A stretch of 64,000 nucleotides of DNA from Malacoraja senta (taxonomy: Eukaryota): positions 24,678,001 through 24,742,000 of the forward strand of contig CM075989.1 of NCBI GenBank assembly GCA_038087875.1, written 5' to 3'. The translations under genes and the position numbers were made by a program. The stretch's first letter is position 1; every line of letters starts with the position of its first letter. The notes below the pieces were generated by a model. It was not told where the DNA came from and did not search any database. It saw only the letters and a program-made list of their open reading frames with translations. Positions 22,809-36,479 of this stretch are shown piece after piece.

Positions 22809-25763
22809 ATAGAAACATAGAAACATAGAAAATAGGTGCAGGAGTAGGCCATTCGGCCCTTCGAGCCAGCACCGCCATTCAATATGATCATGGCTGATCA
22901 TCCAACTCAGTATCCTGTACCTGCCTTCTCTCCATACCCCCTGATCCCCTTAGCCACAAGGGCCACATCTAACTCCCTCTTAAATATAGCCAATGAACTG
23001 GCCTCAACTACCTTCTGGGGCAGAGAGTTCCAGAGATTCACCACTCTCTGTGTGAAAAATGTTTTTCTCATCTCGGTCCTAAAGGATTTCCCCTTAATCC
23101 TTAAACTGTGACCCCTTGTCCTGGACTTCCCCAACATTGTGAACAATCTTCCTGCATCTAGCCTGTCCAACCCCTTAAGAATTTTGTAAGTTTCTATAAG
23201 ATCCCCCCTCAATCTTCTAAATTCTAGCGAGTACAAGCCCAGTCTATCCAGTCTTTCTTCATATGAAAGTCCTGACATACCAGGAATCAATCTGGTGAAC
23301 CTTCTCTGTACTCCCTCTATGGCAAGAATGTCTTTCCTCAGATTTGGAGACCAAAACTGTACGCAATACTCCAGGTGTGGTCTCACCAAGACCCTGTACA
23401 ACTGCAGTAGAACCTCCCTGCTCCTATACTCAAATCCTTTTGCTACGAATGCTAACATACCATTCGCTTTCTTCACTGCCTGCTGCACCTGCATGCCTAC
23501 TTTCAATGACTGGTGTACCATGACACCCAGGTCTCGTTGCATCTCCCCTTTTCCTAATCGGCCACCATTTAGATAATAGTCTACTTTCCTGTTTTTGCCA
23601 CCAAATGTGAGGTTATCCACCGAAGTGGATAACCTCACATTTATCCACATTATACTGCATCTGCCATGCATTTGCCCACTCACCCAGCCTATCCAAGTCA
23701 CCTTGCAGCCTCCTAGCATCCTCCTCACAGCTAACACTGCCCCCCAGCTTTGTGTCATCCGCAAACTTGGAGATGTTGCATTCAATTCCCTCGTCCAAAT
23801 CATTAATATATATTGTAAATAGCTGGGGTCCCAGCACTGAGCCTTGCGGTACCCCACAAGTCACTGCCTGCCATTCTGAAAAGGTCCCGTTTACTCCTAC
23901 TCTTTGCTTCCTGTTTGCCAGCCAGTTCTCTATCCACATCAATACTGAACCCCCAATACCGTGTGCTTTAAGTTTGTATACTAATCTCTTATGTGGGACC
24001 TTGTCGAAAGCCTTCTGAAAGTGCAGATATAACACATCCACTTGTTCTCCCTTATCCACTCTACTAGTTACATCCTCGAAAAATTCTATAAGATTCGTCA
24101 GACATGATTTACCTTTCGTAAATCCATGATGACTTTGTCCAATGATTTCACCACTTTCCAAATGTGCTGCTATCCCATCTTTAATAACTGACTCTAGCAG
24201 TTTCCCCACTACCGATGTTAGACTAACTGGTCTGTAATTCCCCGTTTTCTCTCTCCCTCCCTTTTTAAAAAGGGGGGTTACATTAGCTACCCTCCAATCC
24301 TCAGGAACTACTCCAGAATCTAAGGAGTTTTGAAAAATTATCACTAATGCATCCACTATTTCTGGGGCTACTTCCTTAAGTACTCTGGGATGCAGCCTAT
24401 CTGGCCCTGGGGATTTATCGGCCTTTAATCCATTCAATTTACCTAACACCACTTCCCGGCTAACCTGGATTTCACTCAGTACCTCTATCTCATTTGACCG
24501 GCGGTCCCCTGCTATTTCCGGCAGATTATTTATGTCTTCCTTAGTGAAGACAGAACCAAAGTAGTTATTCAATTGGTCTGCCATGTCCTTGTTCCCCATG
24601 ATCAATTCACCGGTTTCTGACTGCATGGGACCTACATTTGTTTTAACTAATCTCTTTCTCTTCACATATCTATAAAAACTTTTGCAGTCAGTTTTTATGT
24701 TCCCTGCCAGTTTTCTTTCATAATCTATTTTCCCTTTCTTAATTAAGCCCTTTGTCCTCCTCTGCTGGACTCTGAATTTCTCCCAGTCCTCTGGTAGGCT
24801 GCTTTTTCTGGCTAATTTGTACGCTTCATCTTTGTTTTGATACTATCCCTGATTTCCCTTGTTATCCACGGATGCACTACCTTCCCTGATTTATTCTTTT
24901 GCCAAACTGGGATGAACAATTTTTGTAGTTCATCCATGCAGTCTTTAAATGCCTTCCATTGCATATCCACCGTCAACCCTTTAAGAATCAATTGCCAGTC
25001 AATCTTGGCCAATTCACGTTTCATACCCTCAAAGTTACCTTTCTTTTAGTTCAGAACCCTTGTTTCTGAATTAACAATGTCACTCTCCATCCTAATGAAG
25101 AACTCAACCATATTATGGTCACTCTTGCCCAAGGGGCCACGCACAACAAGACTGCTAACTAACCCTTCCTCATTACTCAATACCCAGTCTAGAATCGTTG
25201 GTTCCTCTACATGTTGGTTTAGAGAACTATCCCGCATACATTCCAAGAAATCCTCTTCCTCAGCACCCCTGCCAATTTGATTCACCCAATCTATATGAAG
25301 ATTGAAGTCACCCATTATAACTGTTTTACCTTTGTTGCATGTATTTCTAATTTCGTGTTTGATGCCATCCCCAACTCCACTACTACTGTTAGGTGGCCTG
25401 TACACAACACCCACTAGCGTTTTCTGCCCCTTAGTGTTTCGGAGCTCTACCCATACCGATTCCACATCCTCCAAGCTAATATCCTTCCTTTCCATTGCGT
25501 TAATCTCCTCTCTAACCAGCAACGCTACCCCACCTCCTTTTCCTTTCTCTCTATCCCTCCTGAATATTGAATATCCCTGGATGTTCAGCTCCCAGCCTTG
25601 GTCACCCTGGAGCCATGTCTCCGTGATCCCAACTATATCATAATTATTAATAGCTATCTGCACGTTCAACTCATCCACCTTATTACGAATGCTCCTTGCA
25701 TTGAGACACAACGCCTTCAGGCTTGTTTTTACAACGCTCTTACCCCTTATACAATTATGTTGA
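22809..25763 (-). mobile_element. CR1-clade LINE (HER1-like), 5'-truncated
   Basis: APE endonuclease and RT homology; (TTTCTATG)n tail at ~22809-22830. Confidence 0.95.
22907..25711 (-). pseudogene. CR1 ORF2 (APE endonuclease + reverse transcriptase), frameshifted
   Basis: Split ORFs 25046-25711 (LNARS, ITETWL, GDFN, SDH), 24812-25024, 23613-24665 ([22 protein letters not shown]) and 22907-23857. Confidence 0.95.
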
Positions 25764-26303
25764 TGCTATGCAGATATATGTTATATCTGTACATGCATCC
25801 CCCACTCTCAAAGACTAGCTAGTGCTTTCAGAAATGAGGTCATACAATGAGTTACAGATCACTGTGAATACAGAGACAATACTGTGATAGTATTTGCAGA
25901 CTGGCAGGGCTGTAACATTCTGTTGAAATGCTGAATCAAACTTGAAATATTCTTCTGAGTTATAAATCTGAAAACATTAAGTTGCAGCAGAATTCCAGAG
26001 GACGAGGCTGTACTGGTTCTGAGTCAACATGTGTTGGTGCTGAAGTCAGTTGTAGTCTGATGGGCTGTAATGACAATTGGCAGCACAAGGCTGCTGTGCT
26101 CCAATGGACGGAAGCCTTCACCCTTGCCCCCAACCATCCCCTATACGCTTTGCAATCGTCTCTGGGCCTCAGTGAACCATCGAGAAAGGGAAAAGATCCA
26201 GAGTGCTGGAGTAACTCAGCGGGTCAGGCAGCATCTATGGAGAACATGGATAGGTGACACTATCCAATGTAAACTGGGGTTGCCAATATTTGCAGGGTAA
26301 TAC

Positions 26304-26339
26304 ATATGTGTATACACACACACAAACACACACGTGTGA

Positions 26340-26373
<34 letters not shown>

Positions 26374-26430
26374 ATACACATATATGTATATGTGTGTGTG
26401 TGTATTTGTGTATGTGTGTGTATGTATATA
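26304..26430. repeat. Compound (CA)/(TA)/(TG) microsatellite
   Basis: Seen directly. Confidence 0.9.
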
Positions 26431-26681
26431 TTTTGTTGTTCATTGTGGTGTTTACAGAGTACATATCTTTTGTGCCTCTGCAAGTGAGAATTTCATTGTT
26501 TTTCGGGACATATGACGATAAAACATCTGACTTTCAGTTTCCCTCTGTCGTGGAACAGTTGTGGGCTTTCCGTATCGTAGTGTCACCCGCCTACTCATCA
26601 AGCTGCTTGGATTTCCAATCTAGCTGCTGTGCTGAAGCTGAGAGAAATGGGGTGATGTTGCACCTATTTATGGCTTGGAGA

Positions 26682-27255
26682 CAGGGCGGAAATCGCTATC
26701 AAAACATGGGGGGGGACATAGTTTTTTGATGCTTGCACACACACACGCGAGGCTTGGGCCGTGGCCCCTGTGGACGGTAACATCGGGAGCTGACCTGGTT
26801 GGTGACCGATTCCGAACTCCAGCAACAGCAGCTTCTTCCGCCCGGAATCGTGGGGCTTCAATCGGCCTGTTCGTGGGGCCTTTCATCGCCCGGCGGGGGC
26901 TTCAACATCGGTTGCCTCGATGCAGCAATTTGACCATGGGGTGATGGAAGATCCGTGGCCGATTTTTAAGCCGCGCTGGGTCGCGAACCGGCCGATTCAA
27001 GCTCCGATCTATGATCTTTGCTCCACCAGGCCGTCTCCCTCCTCCAATCATCGCGCTGAATCATCATGTGTCCCCCCCCACCCATTGCCTGCTGACCGAC
27101 ATCTGTCGCTCATCCAATCAGCGCCCTCGACCATCAGTCCCACCCTCACTGTCTCATGGAAAGCGGAGATATTTAATGGATTTGTTTTTCACTGGATTTC
27201 AAAGTCCGGATTACAAAACATGGGGGGGATTGTCCTCCACCTCTCAAAACAGGGA
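26682..27255. mobile_element. hAT-like MITE related to 5212-5630, right end missing
   Basis: Starts CAGGGCGGAAATCGCTATCAAAACATGGGGGGG; internal sequence is colinear with the 5212 copy. Confidence 0.7.
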
Positions 27256-28308
27256 GAGGTCAGCAACGATTTGCCAAAGAGCAAAGCTTTGAGGCACTGT
27301 CACATGGAGAGAGAAGCAAAGAGGTGGAGAGGGGAATTCAGGAGTTTACAGCCTTGACCACCGATGGTGCAGCAATTAAAGTCAGTGATGATCCAAAGAT
27401 CAGAATTGGAGGAGCTCAGAGTTCTGGGGGGATTCAAGTTTGGAAATGAATGACAGAGGCGGCTGTGAATGGGGCGGAATGCTTGCATAAGCACACTAGA
27501 ATGATATTTTAAAATCTCAATAATATACTTTAATCATAAAATTATACACAGGAAATAGCATACAATCAATACATGTTTGGCTCTACATCCATTGTGCTAA
27601 ATCGATACTTACATTGCCACAGTAATATCATGTCCTTGTTTCATCCTTGAACTGGAAAGAGGTATTAGATCATTCCCCTGTTGGTATTTGCATTGGTTTA
27701 TTATTGTGTACCAAGAAAGGATGGTGTGGTCACCTGTCAAATCACACTGTACATGAATGAGTATGATCAAGTTATATGTGTACAACAGTACAAAGAGAAA
27801 AATACCAGTGTTTTATCAGGTCAACATGGAAGGAAGAATTGGGTGATGGTGGAAATTTGTTTGACGGAATGGAGAGGGAAGGTTTAGAGGAATATCGGCC
27901 AAATGCGGGCAGGTGGAACGAATGGAGATGGAACATTTTAGTCGGCATGGGCTAGTTGGGCCGAAGGACCTATTTCCATGCTATATAGCTCTGTGACTAT
28001 ACCAGAACATCAACGAAGCAGAACAATTGGCAGTCCAGATTAGGCATAAAAACTATTACACCTATTTTAAAGCATTGAAACTTTTTTGAACCAGAATGAT
28101 AGTTTAAAAATCAAGGTTTTGCATAACTGTGAACGGAGACAATCAGTTTGAACAAGCCTGGCGGGTGCACGGGACATGGGTGGACAGACTATTGCGGGTA
28201 TGTAATGATCAGATCATCCGTTTAATCCATCGCTAGAAAACCAGATGTTGGCGAGGACACTGGGGAGAACATTCTGGAATATCTTCAGGGTAATACCTGT
28301 GATCATTT

Positions 28309-28602
28309 GGGCAGCACAGTGGCATAGCGGTAGAGTTGCTGCCTTACAGTGCCAGAGACCCCAGTCCGATCTTGACGACGGGTGCAGTCTGTACGGAGTT
28401 TGTGACCTGCATAGGTTTTCTTGGAGTTCGGTTTCCTCCCACACCCCAAAGACGTACAAGTTTGTAGGTTAATTGGCTTGGTATAAGTGTAATTTGTCCC
28501 TAGTGTGTGTAGGATAGTGTTAGTGTGTTCGGATCACTGGTCGGTGCGAACCCGGTGGGCCGAAGGGCCTGTTTCCGCGCTGTATCTCTAAACTAAACTA
28601 AC
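28309..28602 (+). mobile_element. V-SINE
   Basis: Head, V-domain and CTAAACTAAACTAA tail. Confidence 0.85.
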
Positions 28603-29338
28603 ATTTCCGTCCACCTCAAAGAATATTTAGGTCTGTTGATAATAGTTTGAATGATCAGCAGCAAACCATTCTCGTAGTTATTTATCTGCAACCACTGAAC
28701 ACCCATGGAAGGCCAGCCAGCGCCAGGTTCCATGTCAGTCACCTCAGTCCAGGCTGATCGATACCATTACAGTCCCAGCTACAATCAGCTCATTTCTGCA
28801 TGAGCTACCTTCCAAAGCAGAGCTTTTAAGCAGAGTGAGGCTAATAAATGTACAGCGAAAGGTTCCTAATTAGAATTTTAAAACAGGAAGTCACTACAGA
28901 TTGAAAATGATTTAGTCAGGCCAAGCCATATATCTCAGATGTTCACAGCAAGTGAACAAACAGCACCAGCTCAGATACAAATTACACCGACTTATTAATT
29001 GGACAAACTGGACAAGGGATCAGAATTTGGAAAACACTCGGAGGTGCAAACATAATATTTTAGATCATTACCTCGCTTCGTCAGCAAGCCCTGCTGTGTT
29101 CTGTCTGTCACTGCCCCCACATTATGTCTTTTACCAATCCACGGGATTTTCAATTTTGGTGCTGCTGAACACTTAGTGATAATTTCTGATATAAATCTTT
29201 GAGAGATTGAACCCTCTCATGGTTTTGTGAGTTGATTTACATGTGGAAATAAAGATGATTAATTGTGACGACGAGAACACTTCCCAGTAATGTTTCATGT
29301 TGCGGCAAATGTTAAAATTACATCTTTCGTTAAAGGTC

Positions 29339-29427
29339 GACAAAAATGCTGGAGAAACTCAGCCGGTGAGGCAGCATCTATGGAGCGAAGGAAATAGGCG
29401 ACGTTTCGGGTCGAGACCCTTCTTCAG
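29339..29427 (-). mobile_element. ~88-bp Penelope-like insertion with intact hammerhead core (29400-29427)
   Basis: 10-bp TSD GTTAAAGGTC at 29329-29338 and 29427-29436. Confidence 0.8.
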
Positions 29428-29809
29428 TTAAAGGTCACTCACTCTTGTCAGAAATGTAAGAAAATCGTCATTCAATTTTAGAACGTGGACAAATCCCCTA
29501 TTGACCCATTGATGGCTGTGGCATTGAAAGATTCTTCAGGTTTGCTCTGCGCAATTCCTTTTAGAAATGAAATGTAAATGTTGAAACATAAATTTGGTAT
29601 ATCAACCAGAGATGCTGAAAGGAATTTTTTATCAAAAATATGAAACAAGTGACCTTGCTTGGAAGGCGCTACATTTAATATGTGCTTCTACTACAGGCGC
29701 TGCCTCAGACTGATAGCCCCAAATACAATCTCATGGACCCAAGCTGTGCAGGTGATCGCTCCTCACTGTAAGCAACAGTTCACTGTGTTGATATACATTT
29801 GTTCAAGTG

Positions 29810-30250
29810 TACAAATGCCAGAGTTGCTCAACAGGTCAGGCAGCATCTGTGGAGAACGTGGATAGGTGACGTTTCACAGAGTGCTGGAGTAACTCAGCGG
29901 GTCAGGCAGCATCTGTGGAGCGAAGGAAATGGGCAACCTTTCGGGCCGAAACCCTGAAGGAAATAGGCAACGTTTCGGGCCGAAACCCGGAAGGGTTTCG
30001 GGCCGAAACGTTGCCTATTTCCTTCGCTCCATAGATGCTGCCGGAACATGGATAGGTGACGTTTTACAGAGTGCTGGAGTAACTCAGCTGGTCAGGCAGC
30101 ATCTGTGGAGAACATGGATAGGTGACATTTTGGGTCAGGACCCTTCTTCAAACAGCCTGAAGAAGGATCTTGACCCAAAACGTCACCTATCCATGTTCTC
30201 CACAGATGCTGCCTGACCCGCTGAGTTACTCCAGCACTCTGTGTCTTTTG
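29810..30250. repeat. Tandem and inverted cluster of Penelope-like terminal repeats
   Basis: Repeated 66-bp unit, an internal palindromic insert (~29906-30042) and an inverted copy from 30157. Confidence 0.75.
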
Positions 30251-30434
30251 GTGCATTAACCTGCCTCTCATTTGCAGGTCCTCGTTTGTCCAGCGTGGAA
30301 GCAGATCCTTCAGCTGACCATGTCACTGTTGGCCATCAAGTATCTAATCCATCCTGATCTCATTGTCCAGCATTCTACCTAAGGCCTTCTATCTCACAGC
30401 ATTTGAAGTGTTTCTTCTTAGAAGCCAACACACT

Positions 30435-30760
30435 GTCATAGAGTGATAGAGTGATACAGTGTGGTCACAGACCCTTCGGCCCAACCTGCCCCGCCAGCCA
30501 ACAATGTCCCAGCTACACTAGTCCCACCTGCCTGTGCTTGGTCCATAACCCTCCAAATCTGTCCTATCCATGTACCTATCTAACTGTTTCTTAAACTTTG
30601 GGATAGTCCCAGCCTCAACTACCTCCTCTGGCAGCTCGTTCCATACACCCACCACCCTCTGTGTGAAATAGTTACCCCGACGATTCCTATTAAATCTTTT
30701 CCCCTTTACCTTAAACCTATGTCCTCTGGTCCTCGATTGACCTACTCTGGGCAGGAGGCT
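30435..30760 (-). mobile_element. CR1 3' fragment
   Basis: ORF 30518-30790 TRGHRFKVKG...FTQRVVGVWNELP. Confidence 0.85.
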
Positions 30761-31498
30761 CTTACCACAGCGTTTTACTATAAACAACATAAGCTATGTG
30801 ATATATTTCTAATGCTGTCGCTCTGCATTCAGCTAAGTAACCACGCTGTCCCTGTGTTCAGGGGCAATGGTTTTGCACAGTGATTAAAAATATCAGAATG
30901 GATAAAGTAAATGAACTAATTTGCATATTTCCTTTTTATCAAGTTCCTTGGCTGAATTCTGCAGTCAATTAAATTTATGCTTTCAGGCTCCTTGAAAATA
31001 TTATTCCTCGGAATAATAGGACGTACCTTTAGAAAGGAGATGAGAAGGAATGTCTTTAGTCAGAGGGTGGTGGAGCTGTGAAATTCATTGCCACAGATGG
31101 CGGTGGAGGCCAAGTCAATGGATATTTTAAACGGAAGATTGATAAATTCTTGATTAGTATGGGTGTCTGGAGTGATGGGGTGAAGGCAGGAGAATGGGGT
31201 TGAGTGGGAAAGATAGATCAGCCATGATTGAATGGCGGAGTAGACTTGATGGGTCGAATGGCCTAATTCTGCTCCTAAGACATGAACTTGTGAAAATGTC
31301 AATGTCCAGACCTTGCCATCCTTTCATATGTGGCAAGGAACTGTAGATGCCGGTTTACACTAAAGATAGACACGAAATGCTGGAGTAACTCAGTGGGACA
31401 GGGTCTCTGGATAGAAGGAATGGGTGATGTTTCAGGTCGAGACCCTTCTTCAGACTGAGAGTCAGGGGAGAGGGAGACACAGAGATAAGGAAGTGTAA

Positions 31499-31556
31499 AG
31501 GGCCTGTCACACTGACGCGACCTTTCAGCGACCTTTCCTCAAGCTGGATCGACCGT

Positions 31557-31654
<98 letters not shown>

Positions 31655-32023
31655 CGCAAAGGCGGGGGCCAGGGAAAGTGGGGGAGCGCTGTCTGAAATT
31701 CACACCCGTGATGAACAGGAAGGTAAAAGACGGCTGGCACAGTTTGGTAAGTCCTTTAGAGAGCGCGGAGTGGGGGGGGGGGGGGGAGAGAAGGGGAGAG
31801 AGGGCGAGAGAAGGGGGGGAGAAGGAGTGGAGACACTTTTAAGAAGCCAGACAATGTTTAATAAAGTTTAGCAGGCATTTAACATTACCGGTCGGTTTAC
31901 TTACCTTTTTTTTCTCAACGAGCTATACCTTCGACTACCTTCGATTAACTTCGATTGACTTCGACTAACTTATTGACAAATAAGCATTAAGACCTACTAG
32001 GACCTACCTTGACTAAACCCACG
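31499..32023. mobile_element. PIF/Harbinger-like MITE with an internal (CA)n tract, running into the gap
   Basis: TAA followed by AGGGCCTGTCACACT; (CA)n at ~31560-31653; TTCGAC repeats. Confidence 0.55.
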
Positions 32024-32223
32024 NNNNNNNNNNNNNNNNNNNNNNNNNNNNNNNNNNNNNNNNNNNNNNNNNNNNNNNNNNNNNNNNNNNNNNNNNNNNN
32101 NNNNNNNNNNNNNNNNNNNNNNNNNNNNNNNNNNNNNNNNNNNNNNNNNNNNNNNNNNNNNNNNNNNNNNNNNNNNNNNNNNNNNNNNNNNNNNNNNNNN
32201 NNNNNNNNNNNNNNNNNNNNNNN
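32024..32223. other. Assembly gap (200 N)
   Basis: Run of N. Confidence 1.
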
Positions 32224-35034
32224 TGGTACTAAAAGCAGAAGAGGACAGGAACAACTCTGACTAGTTTGTGATCATTAATGGTTTTGATTGAGTTAGGAAA
32301 GAGAAGATGGTTCCATTGACAGGTGCATCAAGTAGGTCTGAAGAAACAATGGCAATCTGTTTTTTACACATCCAATTGCTATGAGTGGTAATGCCTGCTC
32401 AGGTAATGTCAACAAATTAAAGTCATTTTTGAAGGTGAATTGCATAAATAGCTGAAGGGGAAAAACAATTGTAGAGTGAGTGGATTGGAGCAGGGAAATG
32501 GGACAACTGAGATATCTCAGCCAGGCAGCTGGTACAACCTTCTTCAGAGCTCTGTTATCTTTGATTCAATCACGGTAAACCACTCTGATCCAGCAACTGT
32601 GACAGTAATTCCACAACAGTGCAAGATCAGATGAATCATGAAAGTTACATCTCACTGGAAAATGAAACTGTAAAAACAGCTCCAAACAAAACGTCACATA
32701 GGTAATGAATGTTTTCTGAACACATCTCATTGTATGAAGATGCATTTTGAAGTATTAGTGAGGATTGAGTCCATAGATTGCAGCAATTTACTGCAAAGGG
32801 ACACAAAGTGCTGGAGTAGCTCATTGGGTCAGGCAGCATCTCTGGAGAACATTATAGAAACATAGAAAGTTGAAAATAAAACAGTCTTGAAGTGTGGCTC
32901 CTCTTTTCAGCATGTCCTCAATGTTGTCCTCGCTTGTTGGTACTTTAATCCTCAACTCCACTATGAGAATTCTAGACTGATTTTATTAGGAGAGGGTTAG
33001 ATAGGAAATGGGCTGATGACAGTTTTATTTCTTAACCCTCCAAAACAAAATCTCTTGAATGTTTCAGTAAGTGAATTGTACAAGAGCTGTATGGTTCTGA
33101 TCACCACCACCGGTTGTTATTGGAAAAGCACAAACAAAAGTTTAATCGCAGGCTTCATTATTAATTGCGCACAGGATAGGAACATTATTGGGAATGCAGG
33201 TATGGTTCATTCACAAACTGAGGAGGCACTTAAGTATCAAGACATCGATAGTCCTGGAGTTGGCAAACGCAGAAAGATAGACCCAGGGAGGAAGCTGATT
33301 GTTTCACAATGGGATTGTAGAACCAGACAGCTTTTATGATGATCCAGCAGTTTTGTTTTTAGGGTCACTGAGAGTAGCTTTTTATTTTAATACCAGATTG
33401 ATTTAATGATTTCAATGTTTACCATGGTGCATTTAAAACTATAATCTGTGGATCAGCGATTCAGAAATCTGCTCACTGGCCCACTAACTGAACCACCAAT
33501 CTGCAAATGTTCATCAACAGAGCAAGGGATGGATGGCGTTGAGATGGAAAAGTAGATCAGCCATGATCGAATGATGGGGTAGACTCGATGGGCCGAATGG
33601 CCCAATTCTGCTTCTATGTCTTTTGGCCTTATGGGGGTGGATTGTACCCTGTTTAATTTGACCAGGTTATCATCTTCGTTATGAGGTGCACTGAGGAAGT
33701 TCAATAGTGCCACAGATATCGAAACCAACATGACATTATAGATCGGTCATTGGTCAGAAAGCTGTTTTTCTCTCTCTCCACTGATGTTGTAGGACCTGGT
33801 GGTTAGAGTATTTCCAGCATTTGTTGCTTGTCCCTCAGATTTCCAGCATCTTGTTCTGTTTGTTTTTCGCTACAGAGACAGTATCATCCTCTCCTCATTT
33901 CAAGGCACCAATGTGCCTCAGGACCAACCAATAACTTGCACCTGACATTGGCTTGTATGTCCTCAGAGTACCCGTGAAGGTGGTACAGCTGGCACGCGTG
34001 TGCAAGGTGCCATCAGTACTGCATGTCCTTCATTCATTTGTTCTATATCTGTAGAACAGTCTTGACCCAAAATAGACACAAAATGCTGGAGTAACTCAGC
34101 GGGACAGGCAACATCTCTGGAGAGCAGGAATGGGTGACATTTCAAATTGAGACCCTTCTTCAGACAGGGTCTGAAAGGTTCACAGGGTTCAGGCAGACGA
34201 CTCTCCACCCGAAACGTCACCCATTCCTTCTCTCCAGTGATGCTGTCTGTCCCGCTGAGTTACTCCAGCTTTTTGTGTCTACCTGCAGTGTGACTTGTGC
34301 ACGGATTAGTTTGGCAAACAGTGATCCATTAAAGAGCACATCACTCGGAGTTTGGTTGCTGGGTGAGTGATGAGTGTTTACCAGGACAGCAGGGCTCCAT
34401 GTCCATGTGTTATGGAGTTGTTTACATCTTCCCTGGAGAACAAACAAAACCCCAGGTTAAAATCTCATCAGCACCAGAATATGACAGTGGAGTGTCAGTG
34501 TAGACACTGTGTGCCATATACAATTGTGTATTACACTGATGTAGTCAGGGTAGACTGTGTACCATACACGATTATGTACCACACTGGAGTGTCAGGGTAA
34601 ACTGTGTACACAATACAATGGTCCAATGGTCTTTATTATTACATGTACAGACGTAGTTCAGAGCAGCACACAGTTGAGTAAAGTACTGCCACTCCGATGC
34701 ACAATCCTTGATTGCACAAAGAGCATAGAAATAGTCCACTGAGGTTTCATGCAAGAGTCGCCAGGTTTAGACCATTTTTAAACTCCAAAGTCCGGACCTT
34801 CTCTGACACATTGCTGCTTGGTTTGTGTGGGGATGTTGAAGGTGGGGGGGGGGGGGGGGGTAGCACAGAATCCAAAACTCAACCTCTCTCTCTGGTTCTC
34901 TCTCTCTCTCTGGTTCTCTCTCTCGGGCGGCGAGAGCTAGATGACAGCAAAAGGCGCTGTGAGGAAGGGCCGCCGTCTAACCGACATTGAAGGTCTGGAT
35001 CCCGTGTTACAGCAGCACAGCCACGGGTATCGGG

Positions 35035-35088
35035 TTAGGATTAGGGTTAGGGTTAGGGTTAGGATTAGGGTTAGGGTTAGGGGTAGGG
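35035..35088 (+). repeat. Interstitial telomeric repeat (TTAGGG)9, imperfect
   Basis: Six TTAGGG, two TTAGGA and one GTAGGG in register. Confidence 0.9.
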
Positions 35089-35714
35089 CAGGAACTGCAG
35101 ATCCTGCCTTAAGATAGACACAAAATGCTAGAGTAACTCAGCGGGACAGGCAGCATCTCTGGGGAGAAGGAATGGGTAACGTTTCAGGTCGAGACCCTTC
35201 TTGTTTTCAAGAGAGAGTTAGATTTAGCGCTTAGAGCTAAGGGAATCAAGGGATATGGGGGAAAAGCCGGAACGGGGTACTGTTTTGAAGAAACTCAACG
35301 GGTAAGGCAGCATCTATGGAGCGAAGGAAATAGTCAACGTTTCGGGCCGAACCCCTTCTTCAGACTGAAACGTTGCCTATTTCCTTCGCTCCATAGATGC
35401 TGCTGCACCCGCTGAGTTTCTCCAGCATTTTTGTCTTTGTTCAGGATCCCAGCCTCTGCATTTCCCTGTGGCACCGGCTCCTTTCTGCCGTGGAACTCGT
35501 CGCTCTATTGTCTGGTGCCGCCTTGCTGCAAGATTCAGTCACTCGGCGCGGCGTGGAGCGCTGGGGAAGAAACCCGTGGCCGGGAAATGGCAACAATCTT
35601 TATTTTACTTCGAGTCCTAACGACTCTGGAGCGCACTGAGGGAGCGGCACCGTCCCTGGCTGTGTGTGTGTGTGTGCGAGAGAGAGTGTGTATGTGTGTC
35701 AGGGGTTTGTGAGA

Positions 35715-36478
35715 GTGTGGGTCAGTGAGTGTGTGGGTCAGTGTGTGGGTCAGTGTGTGTGTGAGTGTGTGGGTCTGTGTACGTGTGGGTGTGTCTGGGC
35801 TCGTGCGTTTGTGTGGGTCAGTGTGTGTGTGTGAGTGGGTCAGTGTGTGTGTGTGTGAGTGGGTCAGTGTGTGTGTGTGTGTGAGTGGGTCAGTGTGTGA
35901 GTGGGTCAGTGTGTGTTTGTGTGAGTGGGTCAGTGTGTGTGTGTGAGTGGGTCAGTGTGTGTGTGTGTGTGAGTGGGTCAGTGTGTGAGTGGGTCAGTGT
36001 GTGTGTGTGTGTGAGTGGGTCAGTGTGTGAGTGGGTCAGTGTGTGTGTGAGTGGGTCAGTGTGTGTGTGTGTGTGAGTGGGTCAGTGTGTGTGTGTGTGT
36101 GAGTGGGTCAGTGTGTGAGTGGGTCAGTGTGTGTGTGTGTGTGAGTGGGTCAGTGTGTGAGTGGGTCAGTGTGTGTGTGAGTGGGTCAGTGTGTGTGTGT
36201 GTGTGAGTGGGTCAGTGTGTGTGTGTGTGTGTGTGTGAGTGGGTCAGTGTGTGTTTGTGTGAGTGGGTCAGTGTTTGTGTGAGTGGGTCAGTGTGTGTGT
36301 GTGTGAGTGGGTCAGTGTGTGTGTGTGTGTGAGTGGGTCAGTGTGTGTGTGTGTGAGTGGGTCAGTGTGTGTGTGTGTGTGAGTGGGTCAGTGTGTGAGT
36401 GGGTCAGTGTGTGAGAGTGTGTGTGTGTGTTTGTGTGGGTCAGTGTGTGAGAGTGTGTGTGTGTGAGTGGGTCAGTGT
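35715..36478. repeat. Minisatellite of (GT)n interrupted by GAGTGGGTCAGT, about 30 units
   Basis: Seen directly. Confidence 0.95.
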
Positions 36479-36479
36479 T

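Noticed and set aside
35715..36478. Repeat-spacer pattern superficially like a CRISPR array
   Set aside because: The spacers are simple (GT)n, the DNA is eukaryotic and there are no cas genes
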